This document shows, in pieces, positions 1 through 9,436 of a DNA stretch of 20,000 nucleotides. The stretch comes from Batkoa obscura. Its lineage: Eukaryota. The stretch is from the NCBI GenBank assembly GCA_030770535.1, contig JASVEC010000010.1, forward strand, positions 1,486,591 through 1,506,590. Reading direction: 5' to 3'. The position numbers and the translations under genes were made by a program. Within the stretch, counting starts at the first letter, position 1, and the number at the start of each line of letters is the position of its first letter. Below the pieces are notes generated by a model, which was not told the DNA's origin, did no database searches, and saw only the letters and a program-made list of their open reading frames with translations.

Positions 1-265
1 AGTATATTATTAATTCAAAACGAACAGTTTATTATTTTAGTATTCAAGTTTTCTCTTCAACTTACTAATTAGTTACTGTAAAGTTTATTTTAATAAGTAT
101 TTACAGATGGTTTTGTAAAGTAAGAATGAAAGTGGCCTCTGTCTGACTTGATCACATAAAATGTGATTCTTGACCTGAAAGATTCCAAATATTTTTTAAA
201 AATATATATTGTATTGTTATAAGTTCAAAATGCTTTTATTTTTTATTTCTATTAAAGATTCGTGA

Positions 266-940
266 TCATTTATTTTTACAAAAGACAACAAAAAAGATTT
301 TACTACACTTTTTGCCCTCTTCACATTCCTGACTAATAAAGCGGCCATTAAAGCAAGTTTGAACTTTGCCATCTGATGAACACTTCTTTTCTTTACCTTC
401 GCAAGCATCAGCTGGGGGTGAAGGAGGAGGGCGAAAGCTTGAAATACCTCTTTGGTTGAATCCACCTTGTATAGGGTTTTGGAAATTTGGATTGAAGCCA
501 CTACCTTGACTTCCAAATTGGTTTCCAGAAGGAGGTACTGAACTAAATGGGTTTTGAAAATTATTTCCAGTTTGACCAAATGGGTTTTGACTAGTAGGAA
601 TACCTTGAAACCCAAAATCTCCTTGCGGGGTATTAAATGAAGGATTCCTTTGAAAATTTTGAAATCCACCAGGGCCATTAGCTCCGATAGGAAGGGTAAA
701 TGACCTTCCTTTTCCAGACCCGATTCCTTCTGATTCGTTCTCATCAGTAATTAAATCATCACCCTCACTTTCAGTGGTAGATGCTTCACCATCTTCTTTT
801 TTTATTTCAGCTGGAATAACTGGTTTCTCTTCAGCTATTACTGAATCCTGTGGCATTAAATTGTTATTTAAAGGAATAGCATTGCTATTAGCCTTAACCA
901 GTAAGGTAGTTAAACATAAAATGAGTAAGTGATATTTCAT
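266..940 (-). CDS. Secreted protein, 224 aa: signal peptide, acidic linker, F/N/Q/G/P-rich low-complexity region, C-terminal Cys-rich CBM19-like (chitin-binding-like) domain
   Basis: Intact single ORF. N-terminus MKYHLLILCLTTLLVKANS looks like a signal peptide. The C-terminal CEGKEKKCSSDGKVQTCFNGRFISQECEEGKKC...VFC has six Cys spaced like the domain in 5030..5614. The domain name comes from pattern recognition, not a search. Confidence 0.75.
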   Translation of the reverse strand: MKYHLLILCLTTLLVKANSNAIPLNNNLMPQDSVIAEEKPVIPAEIKKEDGEASTTESEGDDLITDENESEGIGSGKGRSFTLPIGANGPGGFQNFQRNPSFNTPQGDFGFQGIPTSQNPFGQTGNNFQNPFSSVPPSGNQFGSQGSGFNPNFQNPIQGGFNQRGISSFRPPPSPPADACEGKEKKCSSDGKVQTCFNGRFISQECEEGKKCSKIFFVVFCKNK

Positions 941-1439
941 AGTATTATTATAAAATAAATAGAATATATTTTACTTGAGTTGTATTTAAATGATAATTAT
1001 ATTTTCATATTTAGATTATTTTAATTTTATGTTCATCTTATTATTAGTGCTAGGCCTGTATATCATTACTATAATAAAAATATTAGAATACAATTAATTT
1101 GGCTGAAGTTGGAATTAAAATTTAAGTTTTGTAGTATAAAATTGATAGTAAAGTTATTGATCAACATAAAATATTAGAAAATCTTTAAAAATTAAATTGT
1201 TAAAAATAGTCAACTAATAAAAAAGTATTTTTTTAACTCTAAAAAATTGTAACATATTTATTAATGATCTATACGCTTAATAACAGTTTAAAATAATAAA
1301 ATCATAAAAAATAACTAAATATATTTAAATGTTTATTTTTGAGGTCTTATTAAAAGAATTACTTTATATAACAAGTGCTAAATTTATAGCTTATATTTTA
1401 TTTTGATTGAGAAGTCTAATTTTTATAAATATAAATTAT

Positions 1440-3874
1440 TTAATCAATATCCATATCGTCTTGTTCTTGTTTTGGCTCTTCTGTAGCTTTTTCTGGAGAT
1501 TGTTCACCTGAAGCTGGTTTAGGCTCTTCTACTTTAGGGGCTGGTTTAGGTTTACTTAAGATTGGATTAGCTAAATATTGTAATTGATCTTGGCTTTGTT
1601 TGATTTGTGCAGAAGTGACCTTTGGTGTCTCGTATTTTGGTAAACTTTCAATGGTAGCTAATTCTGTCTTTAACCATTTTTCAAGTTCATTACATTTATT
1701 GACAATCTTTTCAAGTTCTTCTGGTGCAATATGATCATATTTTACATCACCACCAATAGCTAAATTACGGTAACGTTCAATTTCTTTTTTGAGGTTTTCA
1801 GCAGCAAATGGACGTTGGCTTGATTCACGATATCTAGCAATAACTGGTGCTCCTATTTGGTTTAATTCTTCAATCTTGGATACATAGACACTCTTGGTAG
1901 TGTCTTCACCATCACCGTATAACCAATCTTCAACTTCATTTAAGGAAGCAATAAATGAGTCTTTAATAGTTGGATCAATATAACTAGAATAAGCTCCACT
2001 AAGTTTTGAGCGAGTATCATAAACATATTCTTCTAAAGCATTTTTAGCATGCTCAGTATCGGTGACTAATTTATCTGAAGCGTACATATCATTTTCAACT
2101 TCTTTATAACGACCAAGGATATTTTCATCAAGGCTGTTAGTTTGACTAACAACTGGAAGGTCATGTTTTTTAATAACCTTTTTGGTTTTTGGTGGGTCTT
2201 CTGGGTTATCACCTTCAGCTGGCTCTTCAGTTTGAATGATCTCTTCAGCAATATGAGCTGATTCAACATTAATGACACCATGAAGATTGACTCTAGCTTT
2301 AACTTTTACGGTTGAAAGTTCACCATCTTTAAGGGAAGTAACATTTTTGACAGAGAAAGTTCCGATCCATGGGTTAGTGCCAGCTGGTAGTTTTTTTGGG
2401 TTAGAATAATTAGCCTGGAACTCAAATGGCTCTTTACGGTAGAAAGTTAAAATCTTTGAGCTTGGTACTGGGTTTTTGAAACTAAAAACATCGACTTCGG
2501 AATCAGCACCTCCTTCAGTAGAAGTCCAGGTGAATTTAACTGGGAAATTAAGGATATCAGTAACTGAGAAATCACGTACCTTAAAGACAGGTGAGAGGAT
2601 AGCACATTGAAGAGCACAACCACGAGAAACAGCTTCATCTTGATTAAGTGTGAAGCTTAGCTCTTTTCCTAAAAGAGATGAGATCTTCTCTTTGACAGTT
2701 GGGATACGACTAGTTCCGCCTACAATCTCAACACTGTAAATTTGATCAGTACCCCATCCAACCTCAGCAATAACATCTGAAAGTGGTTTAGCGAGACGTT
2801 CTAATTGATCTTGAATCAATTCTTCAAATTCTTCTCTTTTCATTAATGCAGATACATCCCTATCCTCCATGATAGATTCAATATTAAGTGGAGCTTGACT
2901 GTTAGCGGAAAGAACTTTCTTTAATTTTTCTACTCCAGTACGAAGACGGAAAGTAGCTTTAGGGTTGCTGAGAATATCAATCTTATATTTTTCTTTGAAA
3001 ACTTGAGCAAAATGATTGACTAAAAGTTCATCAATATAGCGACCACCTACTTTGTTATCATAAGCAGTAGCTTTAACATTGAGCTGACCTTTGATATATG
3101 AAACAGCAGCAACTGAATAAGAAGAGTGACCAACATCAACGATGATAACGTTACGTGGTTCGGTTTCTGGTAAATCAGTCTTGGTGATACCATAACCAAG
3201 AGCAGAAGCAGTGATTTCGTTCATAATTCTCAAGCAGTTGAGGTTGGCGATTTGACAAGCGTCTAAAAGAGCACGTCTTTGTCTATCATTAAACCATCCA
3301 GGAACTGAGACTACAACATCAGAGCATGGAAGTTTAAGTTCATTAGCAGCAGTATCACGAAGTTTTCCGAGATACATACCCATAAGTTGAGTGGCAGTGA
3401 AGGTAGTTGGTTCCCCTTTAAAGTTAACTTTAACACCAACTTGTCCATCAACATCAACAAGTTCAGCATTGATAAATCTCTTTTCTACTTCGATTTCTGG
3501 GTCATTGAAAGATCTACCAATAATACGTTTTAAAGAACCAACAGTATTTTTGAAATTGGAAACTTCCTATTATTAACTTAATAAAAAGAATATCTAAAAT
3601 GAAAAAATAAATACCTGAGTTTTGGCAGATTCGCCAATATATCTTTGTTTAGTACCAAATGAAACTAAAGAACTAAATAATATTAATACCTTATTTTCAA
3701 TATTAGTATTATAACTTACGGTGTATCACGGTTGGATACTTCATTAGTGATAACATCGATACCACGATTTCTAGCAACAGCAATGTAAGAAGAAAGATTA
3801 CCTAAGTCAATACCTAATAATGGTTAAGATTATGTATGTATTGTTATAATAACGGACATACCAACAACTGACAT
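1440..3874 (-). CDS. SSE1: Hsp110/Sse1-type Hsp70-family chaperone (nucleotide exchange factor), 763 aa, 4 exons: 3874-3862, 3813-3720, 3672-3615, 3566-1440
   Basis: Spliced N-terminus [42 protein letters not shown] joins in frame to the 647-aa ORF through three GT-AG introns (48, 47, 48 nt). Hsp110 hallmarks: [44 protein letters not shown]-terminal MDID. CDS is 2292 nt. Confidence 0.96.
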
Positions 3875-3964
3875 TTTTTTAAATTTTAGTGTAAAACTAT
3901 TTTAATGAAAAACAGAAATTTAAATATCTTATATATATTTTAACCTCGAGTCTTCCAATTATAT

Positions 3965-4089
3965 TTCGAGAACAAAATCAAATCATATAAATTTTAGAAC
4001 AATTTTAATGCTTTTAATTTGATAAAATTTAATTCTTTTACCCTTTTGAAATTCATAATTCGGCTTTTTCTTTCTAGCAAATTCTAGAG
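3965..4089. promoter_or_regulatory. Heat-shock-element-like nGAAn/nTTCn arrays upstream of the Hsp110 gene
   Basis: TTCgaGAA at 3965-3972 and TTCtaGCAaaTTCtaGAG at 4072-4089 (four alternating units, two imperfect), about 90-215 bp upstream of the ATG of an HSF-target gene family. Confidence 0.5.
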
Positions 4090-5029
4090 GTGAAATTGGG
4101 TTAGAAGTGGTAATTCAAAATGCTCACCTTTTTATTCAACTGATTCAATTGGGAATGTTTTTTTTAGCTTTAACATTTTGTCCATTTTTTAAGAACTGCT
4201 GAGTAAAAAGATTCTTATCAGAATTCTTATATAAAAAACATAGCCTATTATCTACATTAACCTTAACTATTCATTCATAATGAGCATAATATTATATTAC
4301 TTCTATTATTTTATAAACAAGATTTTATAAAATATTATGAAGTATTAACAAAAAGATATCCAAAACAATATAATATTAAAGTAATCCTTTTAACCTGATA
4401 TATTTATATTAAATCATGCATTATCCATAAATCAAAATAAAACCATCACGATAAATATTTTTTAATTTTAATACTAAATTAATAATATAAAGTATTATAT
4501 ATAGATATTTTTTATAAACTTTAAATTAACAAAATTAGATAATTAAACTGTATTTTTAATATATAAAGTTTGTCAAGATGAAACTAAAGAGTTGGATATG
4601 CTTTAGATAGATTTATACCATATTAAAATATCTATTCAAAATAAGTTCCCTATAAATAACATTATATTAAAGTCACAAAAAACACTATAAGTATTAACTA
4701 AAAACTCAGATGTGCAGTCAAACGTTATTTATATTGTATTATTACTTTAAATGTAACTTGGGTTTATTTATGATTTGATATTTTATTTAGAATATTATTG
4801 ATGGCACATTTCAAACTTTAAACCTTGATTTTCAAATATACTTAAAATAGAAAATACTTTTAGAAATGAAATGATTCTAAATAAAGATATTTAAATTTAA
4901 ATGATAGTCAATTAAGATAAGCATATTTATAAATAAAATAAAATAAAATGAAACATTATAAAATAAGTCTATATAAATACAGGTGGAAGTATAGGATAAT
5001 AATTAAACTTCTGGAAAGTTAATTTTAGA

Positions 5030-5614
5030 ATGAGATTAAACAACCCATATTCTATACTAATAACTACTGTCTTATTACAAGGTACACTGTTGGCCGAAAA
5101 GGTAGAAAAGGCGGGAAATGCACCAGAAATAGCTAAAAACATGCCCCCACCTCCAGGAAGAGGTAGTTGTTCAAGAGATGGCGACATGTTTTGTAATGGA
5201 CAAGGCTTTGACACATGTGATCATGGTCAATTAGTTTATAGAGCTTGTGCATCTGGAACCACATGTAGACAAATTAAACCAACTACAATCCTTTGTGATT
5301 ATCCACAAAGAATAATGCCTCCTCGTCCAGATCCTTATGACAATCCTCCTCGTCCAGATCCTTATGATAGTCCTCCTCGTCCAGACCCATACGGTTCACC
5401 TCGTCCAGATCCGTACGGTTCTCCACGCCCTGATCCATATGGTCATCCTCGTCCAGACCCATACGGTTCACCTCGTCCAGATCCATATGGTCCTCCACGT
5501 CCTGATCCATATGGTCCTCCTCCACGTCCTGATCCATATGGTTCTCCACGTCCTGATCCGTACGGTCCTCCTCCACGTCCTGATCCATATAATTCACCAC
5601 CTCCAAATTACTGA
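5030..5614 (+). CDS. Secreted protein, 194 aa: signal peptide, CBM19-like Cys domain, 11 PRPDPY(G/D/N)x repeats
   Basis: Intact ORF with a hydrophobic N-terminus (ILITTVLLQGTLLA), then CSRDGDMFCNGQGFDTCDHGQLVYRACASGTTCRQIKPTTILCDY, which resembles the CBM19 module of fungal chitinases and wall proteins, then a Pro/Tyr repeat tail. Confidence 0.85.
   Translation: MRLNNPYSILITTVLLQGTLLAEKVEKAGNAPEIAKNMPPPPGRGSCSRDGDMFCNGQGFDTCDHGQLVYRACASGTTCRQIKPTTILCDYPQRIMPPRPDPYDNPPRPDPYDSPPRPDPYGSPRPDPYGSPRPDPYGHPRPDPYGSPRPDPYGPPRPDPYGPPPRPDPYGSPRPDPYGPPPRPDPYNSPPPNY
5321..5590 (+). repeat. Coding minisatellite, 11 units of 24/27 bp (consensus ccW cgt ccW gat ccW taY ggt ...)
   Basis: Directly visible tandem units. 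Variation is mostly at third codon positions of the + frame, so the peptide PRPDPY stays invariant. Confidence 0.95.
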
Positions 5615-5928
5615 TTTAAAATATTAAATAAAACGAATTTTTAATACTTTAGTTTTTTTCATTATTAGCTATGCCAAAATTTATGTTATCCTTAACATTA
5701 ATAAATATTTATGATATTAAATAGTAGTAACATTGAATTTTTACTTTAAGATCTTCACAATATTTTTAGTAAATTATTAATTACTATGAATTATAGATAA
5801 AGTCTATAAATTCATGATGACGATGTTATTTAAATTATGACTTTTTTTTATTTGCTGTCAATTATCATCTGATTATTTGAAATATATATAAAGCAATTAT
5901 GCTTGTTGTGGTATTTTTTATTTATAAT

Positions 5929-7508
5929 ATGAATTACTTAAGGCAATTAAAATATTCAACTAGAAGAAGCATTGATGGACCATTAAAAGATATCAAAGTA
6001 ATTGATCTCACAAGAGTATTAGGTAGTCAGATAAATACTGTTTAAATAGTGGACTATAATTAAGTATTAGCTGGTCCTTATTGTACTATGTTATTAGGAG
6101 ATATGGGGTAAATTATCGATATAAATTAATATTATAAATGAAAACCATATTATCAAAAATGAAACTAATTTATCTAGTGCAGATATAATTAAAATAGAAA
6201 GGCCTGAACTCGGAGATGATACTCGTTCTTGGGGACCTCCATTTAAAAAAGCAATAACCCCAGAACATTCGGCAGAGAGTGCTTATTTTTTAGCTGTAAA
6301 TAGGAATAAACGTTCATTAACTTTAAATATAAAAGAAAAAGTTGGAAAAGAAATATTATATAAATTAATTAAAGAGGCAGATGTATTAGTCGAAAATTAC
6401 CTACCTGGTAAATTAGATGAATTGGGATTAAGTTACAAAATATTAAATGAAATAAATCCAAAATTAATTTATGCTTCAATAACTGGTAATATGATAACAT
6501 AATATAAAGTTATTTATTTATTTGTAGGCTATGGTCCAAGTGGTCCATATAAAAATAAACCAGGATACGATGTAATGGTAGAAGCAGAAGGAGGTTTAAT
6601 GCATATAACTGGAGAAAAAGAAGGTAGTCCAGTTAAAGTAGGAGTAGCAATAACAGGTAAACAAAATTGTATAAAAACAAACATTTTATGTTAAATTACT
6701 ATTTATCATATGTTAAATAGATATAACGACAGGTTAACAATATTATATTTTAATGATATTATCATTTATTTTGTATTAGGATTATACGCCCATGGTTCTA
6801 TAATAGCAGCATTATTTAAAAGATTTAAAACAAATAAAGGTCAAAAACTAGATATATCATTAATTGAAAGTCAAATAGCATGTTTAGCTAATATAGCAAG
6901 TTCTTATTTAATTGGAGATATAAATAGTCAAAGACAAGGTACAGAACATGGATCAATTGTACCTTATCAATCATTTCCAACTAAAGATGGTAATATAGTG
7001 ATAGGAGCAGGGAATGACAAACAATTTAAAATATTATGTGAAAATGTCATAAAAGATGTTCAATTACTAAATAATTCAAAATTTAAAAATAATTCAGAAA
7101 GAGTAAAAAATCGTATTGAATTAATTTCAATATTATCAAATTATTTCAAATCTAAAGACACTAAAGAATGGTTAAATATTCTAAAGGATTTTCAAATACC
7201 CTATGCTCCTATTAATGATATAAAAGCAGCATTACAACATCCTCAAGTAATTAATAGAAATATGATACAGTCAATTTTACATCCAACTTTAGGCAACATT
7301 AAATTAGTTGGTAAATTAATAATATTAAATTAAATTGAATCAACTAATTAGTATTAACTTATTAGGCCCAGCAGTAAAATATTCTGATAAAGATGTTTAT
7401 ATACGCTCACCACCACCAACACTTGGTCAACACAATAACGAAATTTTAATGAATTTAGGGTATTCGTTAAAAACAATTAATGAATTTAAAAATAATGGAG
7501 TTATTTAA
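5929..7508 (+). CDS. SUGCT: Family III (CaiB/BaiF) CoA-transferase, SUGCT-like, probably mitochondrial, 417 aa, 7 exons: 5929-6022, 6071-6107, 6178-6485, 6528-6656, 6721-6732, 6780-7310, 7366-7508
   Basis: Spliced translation gives [102 protein letters not shown] and PPPTLGQHN. All six introns are GT-AG and the 1254-nt CDS closes in frame. An alternative in-frame ATG lies at 5899. Orthology to SUGCT is by motif recall. Confidence 0.9.
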
Positions 7509-8113
7509 TTAAATTGATTGAATTGATTAAATTTAATAAAGTATAAAATAAATGTTTTACTTTAATAATATTTATTATTGTTTTAAGAATAATAAATAAT
7601 AATAATGTCTTTTTAAACTTTATACATAAACTTTTGTAAAAAAGGCTATATCCTCATATAATTTTAACCTTCTAGTTTAATAATAATTCTTAATATATGA
7701 ATCATTATTTTAATTAATTTTATTGATAATATATATTATTATTTGCGTAGATTTTTAAAGAGTTGGTAGTGTTAAAGATTTGATATTATAAATAGTTGTT
7801 TCCCTCTCTCTTACCTTATCCGTTTCTTTTGCTATCAGTTTACACAGTTCTTTTTATTAGAAAATTCACAAATCCTACGAAGTTTTCCATTATCAAGGAG
7901 ACTAAAAGTATTCTCTTACTATTATTTTTATTGAATAAAAAAAAAGATTGGAAAAAGGTTAGGCTAATTAATAATATTAAAATGAAAGAAGCTCTCTCCT
8001 CATGGCCTTTACCTTCTCTTTATTACTCTTTTTTATTTACATTCGTTAGTAAACCTTTGAGGAGCCTATATCTCTTTCAAGAACATAAAAAACTTACTTC
8101 TAATTTTTAATAA

Positions 8114-8222
8114 TATATGGGGATGTGTTTTTGTATTTAAGAATTTTACTAGCAATTTTTCCACTCAAATAGCGCTTAAAAGGTGGAAAAAGTAATGAAG
8201 CCAAAAAAAACATCCCCATATA
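8114..8222 (+). mobile_element. MITE-like element, copy A (most intact, ~109 bp)
   Basis: Perfect 13-bp terminal inverted repeat TATATGGGGATGT (8114-8126) / ACATCCCCATATA (8210-8222), plus an internal inverted repeat TTTTTCCAC/GTGGAAAAA. Three related copies start at 17844, 18332 and 18529. Confidence 0.8.
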
Positions 8223-8481
8223 ATATATTTTATTTTAATAAAAATATTTAAGTGTTTTTATTATACTGAAAATATTACTAAAAATGGTTTAAACATCTCA
8301 ATTGATAACCAATTAACCGCTAATTTGGTAGATAAATAATTTAATGACCTAATTTTAAATAATATGAGAGGTTTATTATTAAAAATAATGATGAGTTTAT
8401 TAAACTTTTATAAATGAAACGAAACATCAATATGAAGTAAAATAAACTTTGCTTTTATTCCTTTTTACTAAAAGATAAACA

Positions 8482-9054
8482 ATGAAAAAAATAGCAGAGA
8501 GTTATTTAAAAAGTAATTCAACTAGTGATTGTATCAAGTGTAACCAAGAGAGAATAACTTGTAAGGGATGTTATTCTGATAGTCTGTGTATAATTTCGGA
8601 GAAAACATGCTTTGAGTGCCCTAAAGCAACTTGTATACAAAAATCAATATTAGAAAACATACCAATAAATAAAATGAGTAATACTACAATAATAATTATT
8701 AGTCTCCTCGTTGTTTCAATAATATCTTTGATATTGGTAATTCTAGTAATGATAAGAAGGAAATATTTTAAGGAAAGTTATATTAATCTCAAAGAGAAAA
8801 AACATACCAATGATGATTCATTTTTACGCAAACTGCTCAATAGTAATAATGAGAACTCTTTTTTAAACAAGTTAGTTAATAAGAACCATAAACGTGATTC
8901 ATCTACATTTTCAATGTTGAACTTTGCTTGGGATGAAGGAGATGAATTGGATCAAGAGATTAGCTTTGAAGAGATGTTAAAAACCGACCCAAAAGAAGTA
9001 TGTAAATTTGAAATCTGTAAACTGGAAAAAGCTAAATTATTCGAGATTCGCTAA
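8482..9054 (+). CDS. Opy2-like single-pass membrane anchor protein, 190 aa
   Basis: N-terminal 8-Cys motif CIKC-x6-CKGC-x5-C-x6-CFECPKATC matches the Opy2 Cys-rich domain pattern. It is followed by one TM helix (IIIIISLLVVSIISLILVILVMI), a basic stop-transfer RRK and an acidic tail. No signal peptide. An upstream exon cannot be excluded. Confidence 0.75.
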   Translation: MKKIAESYLKSNSTSDCIKCNQERITCKGCYSDSLCIISEKTCFECPKATCIQKSILENIPINKMSNTTIIIISLLVVSIISLILVILVMIRRKYFKESYINLKEKKHTNDDSFLRKLLNSNNENSFLNKLVNKNHKRDSSTFSMLNFAWDEGDELDQEISFEEMLKTDPKEVCKFEICKLEKAKLFEIR

Positions 9055-9436
9055 TATGTTAATTAATTTTTATTATTAATTTTTTATTAATAAAATTAAT
9101 ATTTGATATTTATTGTTAATTCAATTATACTCTTCGAGATAAATTGTTATTTAGTTATTAATCTTCATAATCACATAAATATTGTATAATCTAATGACCT
9201 TTTGCTCCATATATAATGTTAGTTACAAAACAAACTATCAATATTATAAAATACTATTTAATCGAGATTAACGATTTAAATAAAAATATTTGATATCTAA
9301 AGTTCAATTAAAATTTTAATTAAAAATTATTCATTATAGATTTATAAACTAAATAGATTGATTTTATGTAAATACAATAGAGTATTAAAAATACAGATAA
9401 GTGGGACAACGAAAAGGATCCTAAAAACTTTTAAGT

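Noticed and set aside
100..190. Slightly GC-richer patch with two CTGA (box D-like) motifs and a small ATCACAT/ATGTGAT hairpin; possible C/D snoRNA or last exon of an upstream gene
   Set aside because: No convincing RUGAUGA box C, no guide target I can recognise, and only a very short reading frame. Needs Infernal/snoscan and the upstream sequence.
217..744. 175-aa alternative-frame ORF overlapping the secreted protein
   Set aside because: Shadow frame of a low-complexity coding region, with no recognisable motifs.
4084..4097. CTAGAGGTGAAATT resembles a conserved SSU rRNA segment
   Set aside because: Only ~14 nt with no flanking rRNA similarity, so most likely chance; it also overlaps the HSE-like site.
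5283..5627. Antisense (MDQDVEED repeats) and alternative-frame (MVLHVLIH repeats) ORFs; the array might also suggest a CRISPR
   Set aside because: These are by-products of the coding minisatellite, since variation is synonymous in the PRPDPY frame. There are no unique spacers and the context is eukaryotic.
7796..8110. 104-aa ORF; the minus strand has a short FVGFVNF stretch reminiscent of Ty3/gypsy pol
   Set aside because: Non-ATG start, composition typical of random AT-rich sequence, and the pol-like match is 7 residues followed by stops. A decayed TE cannot be supported without a translated search.
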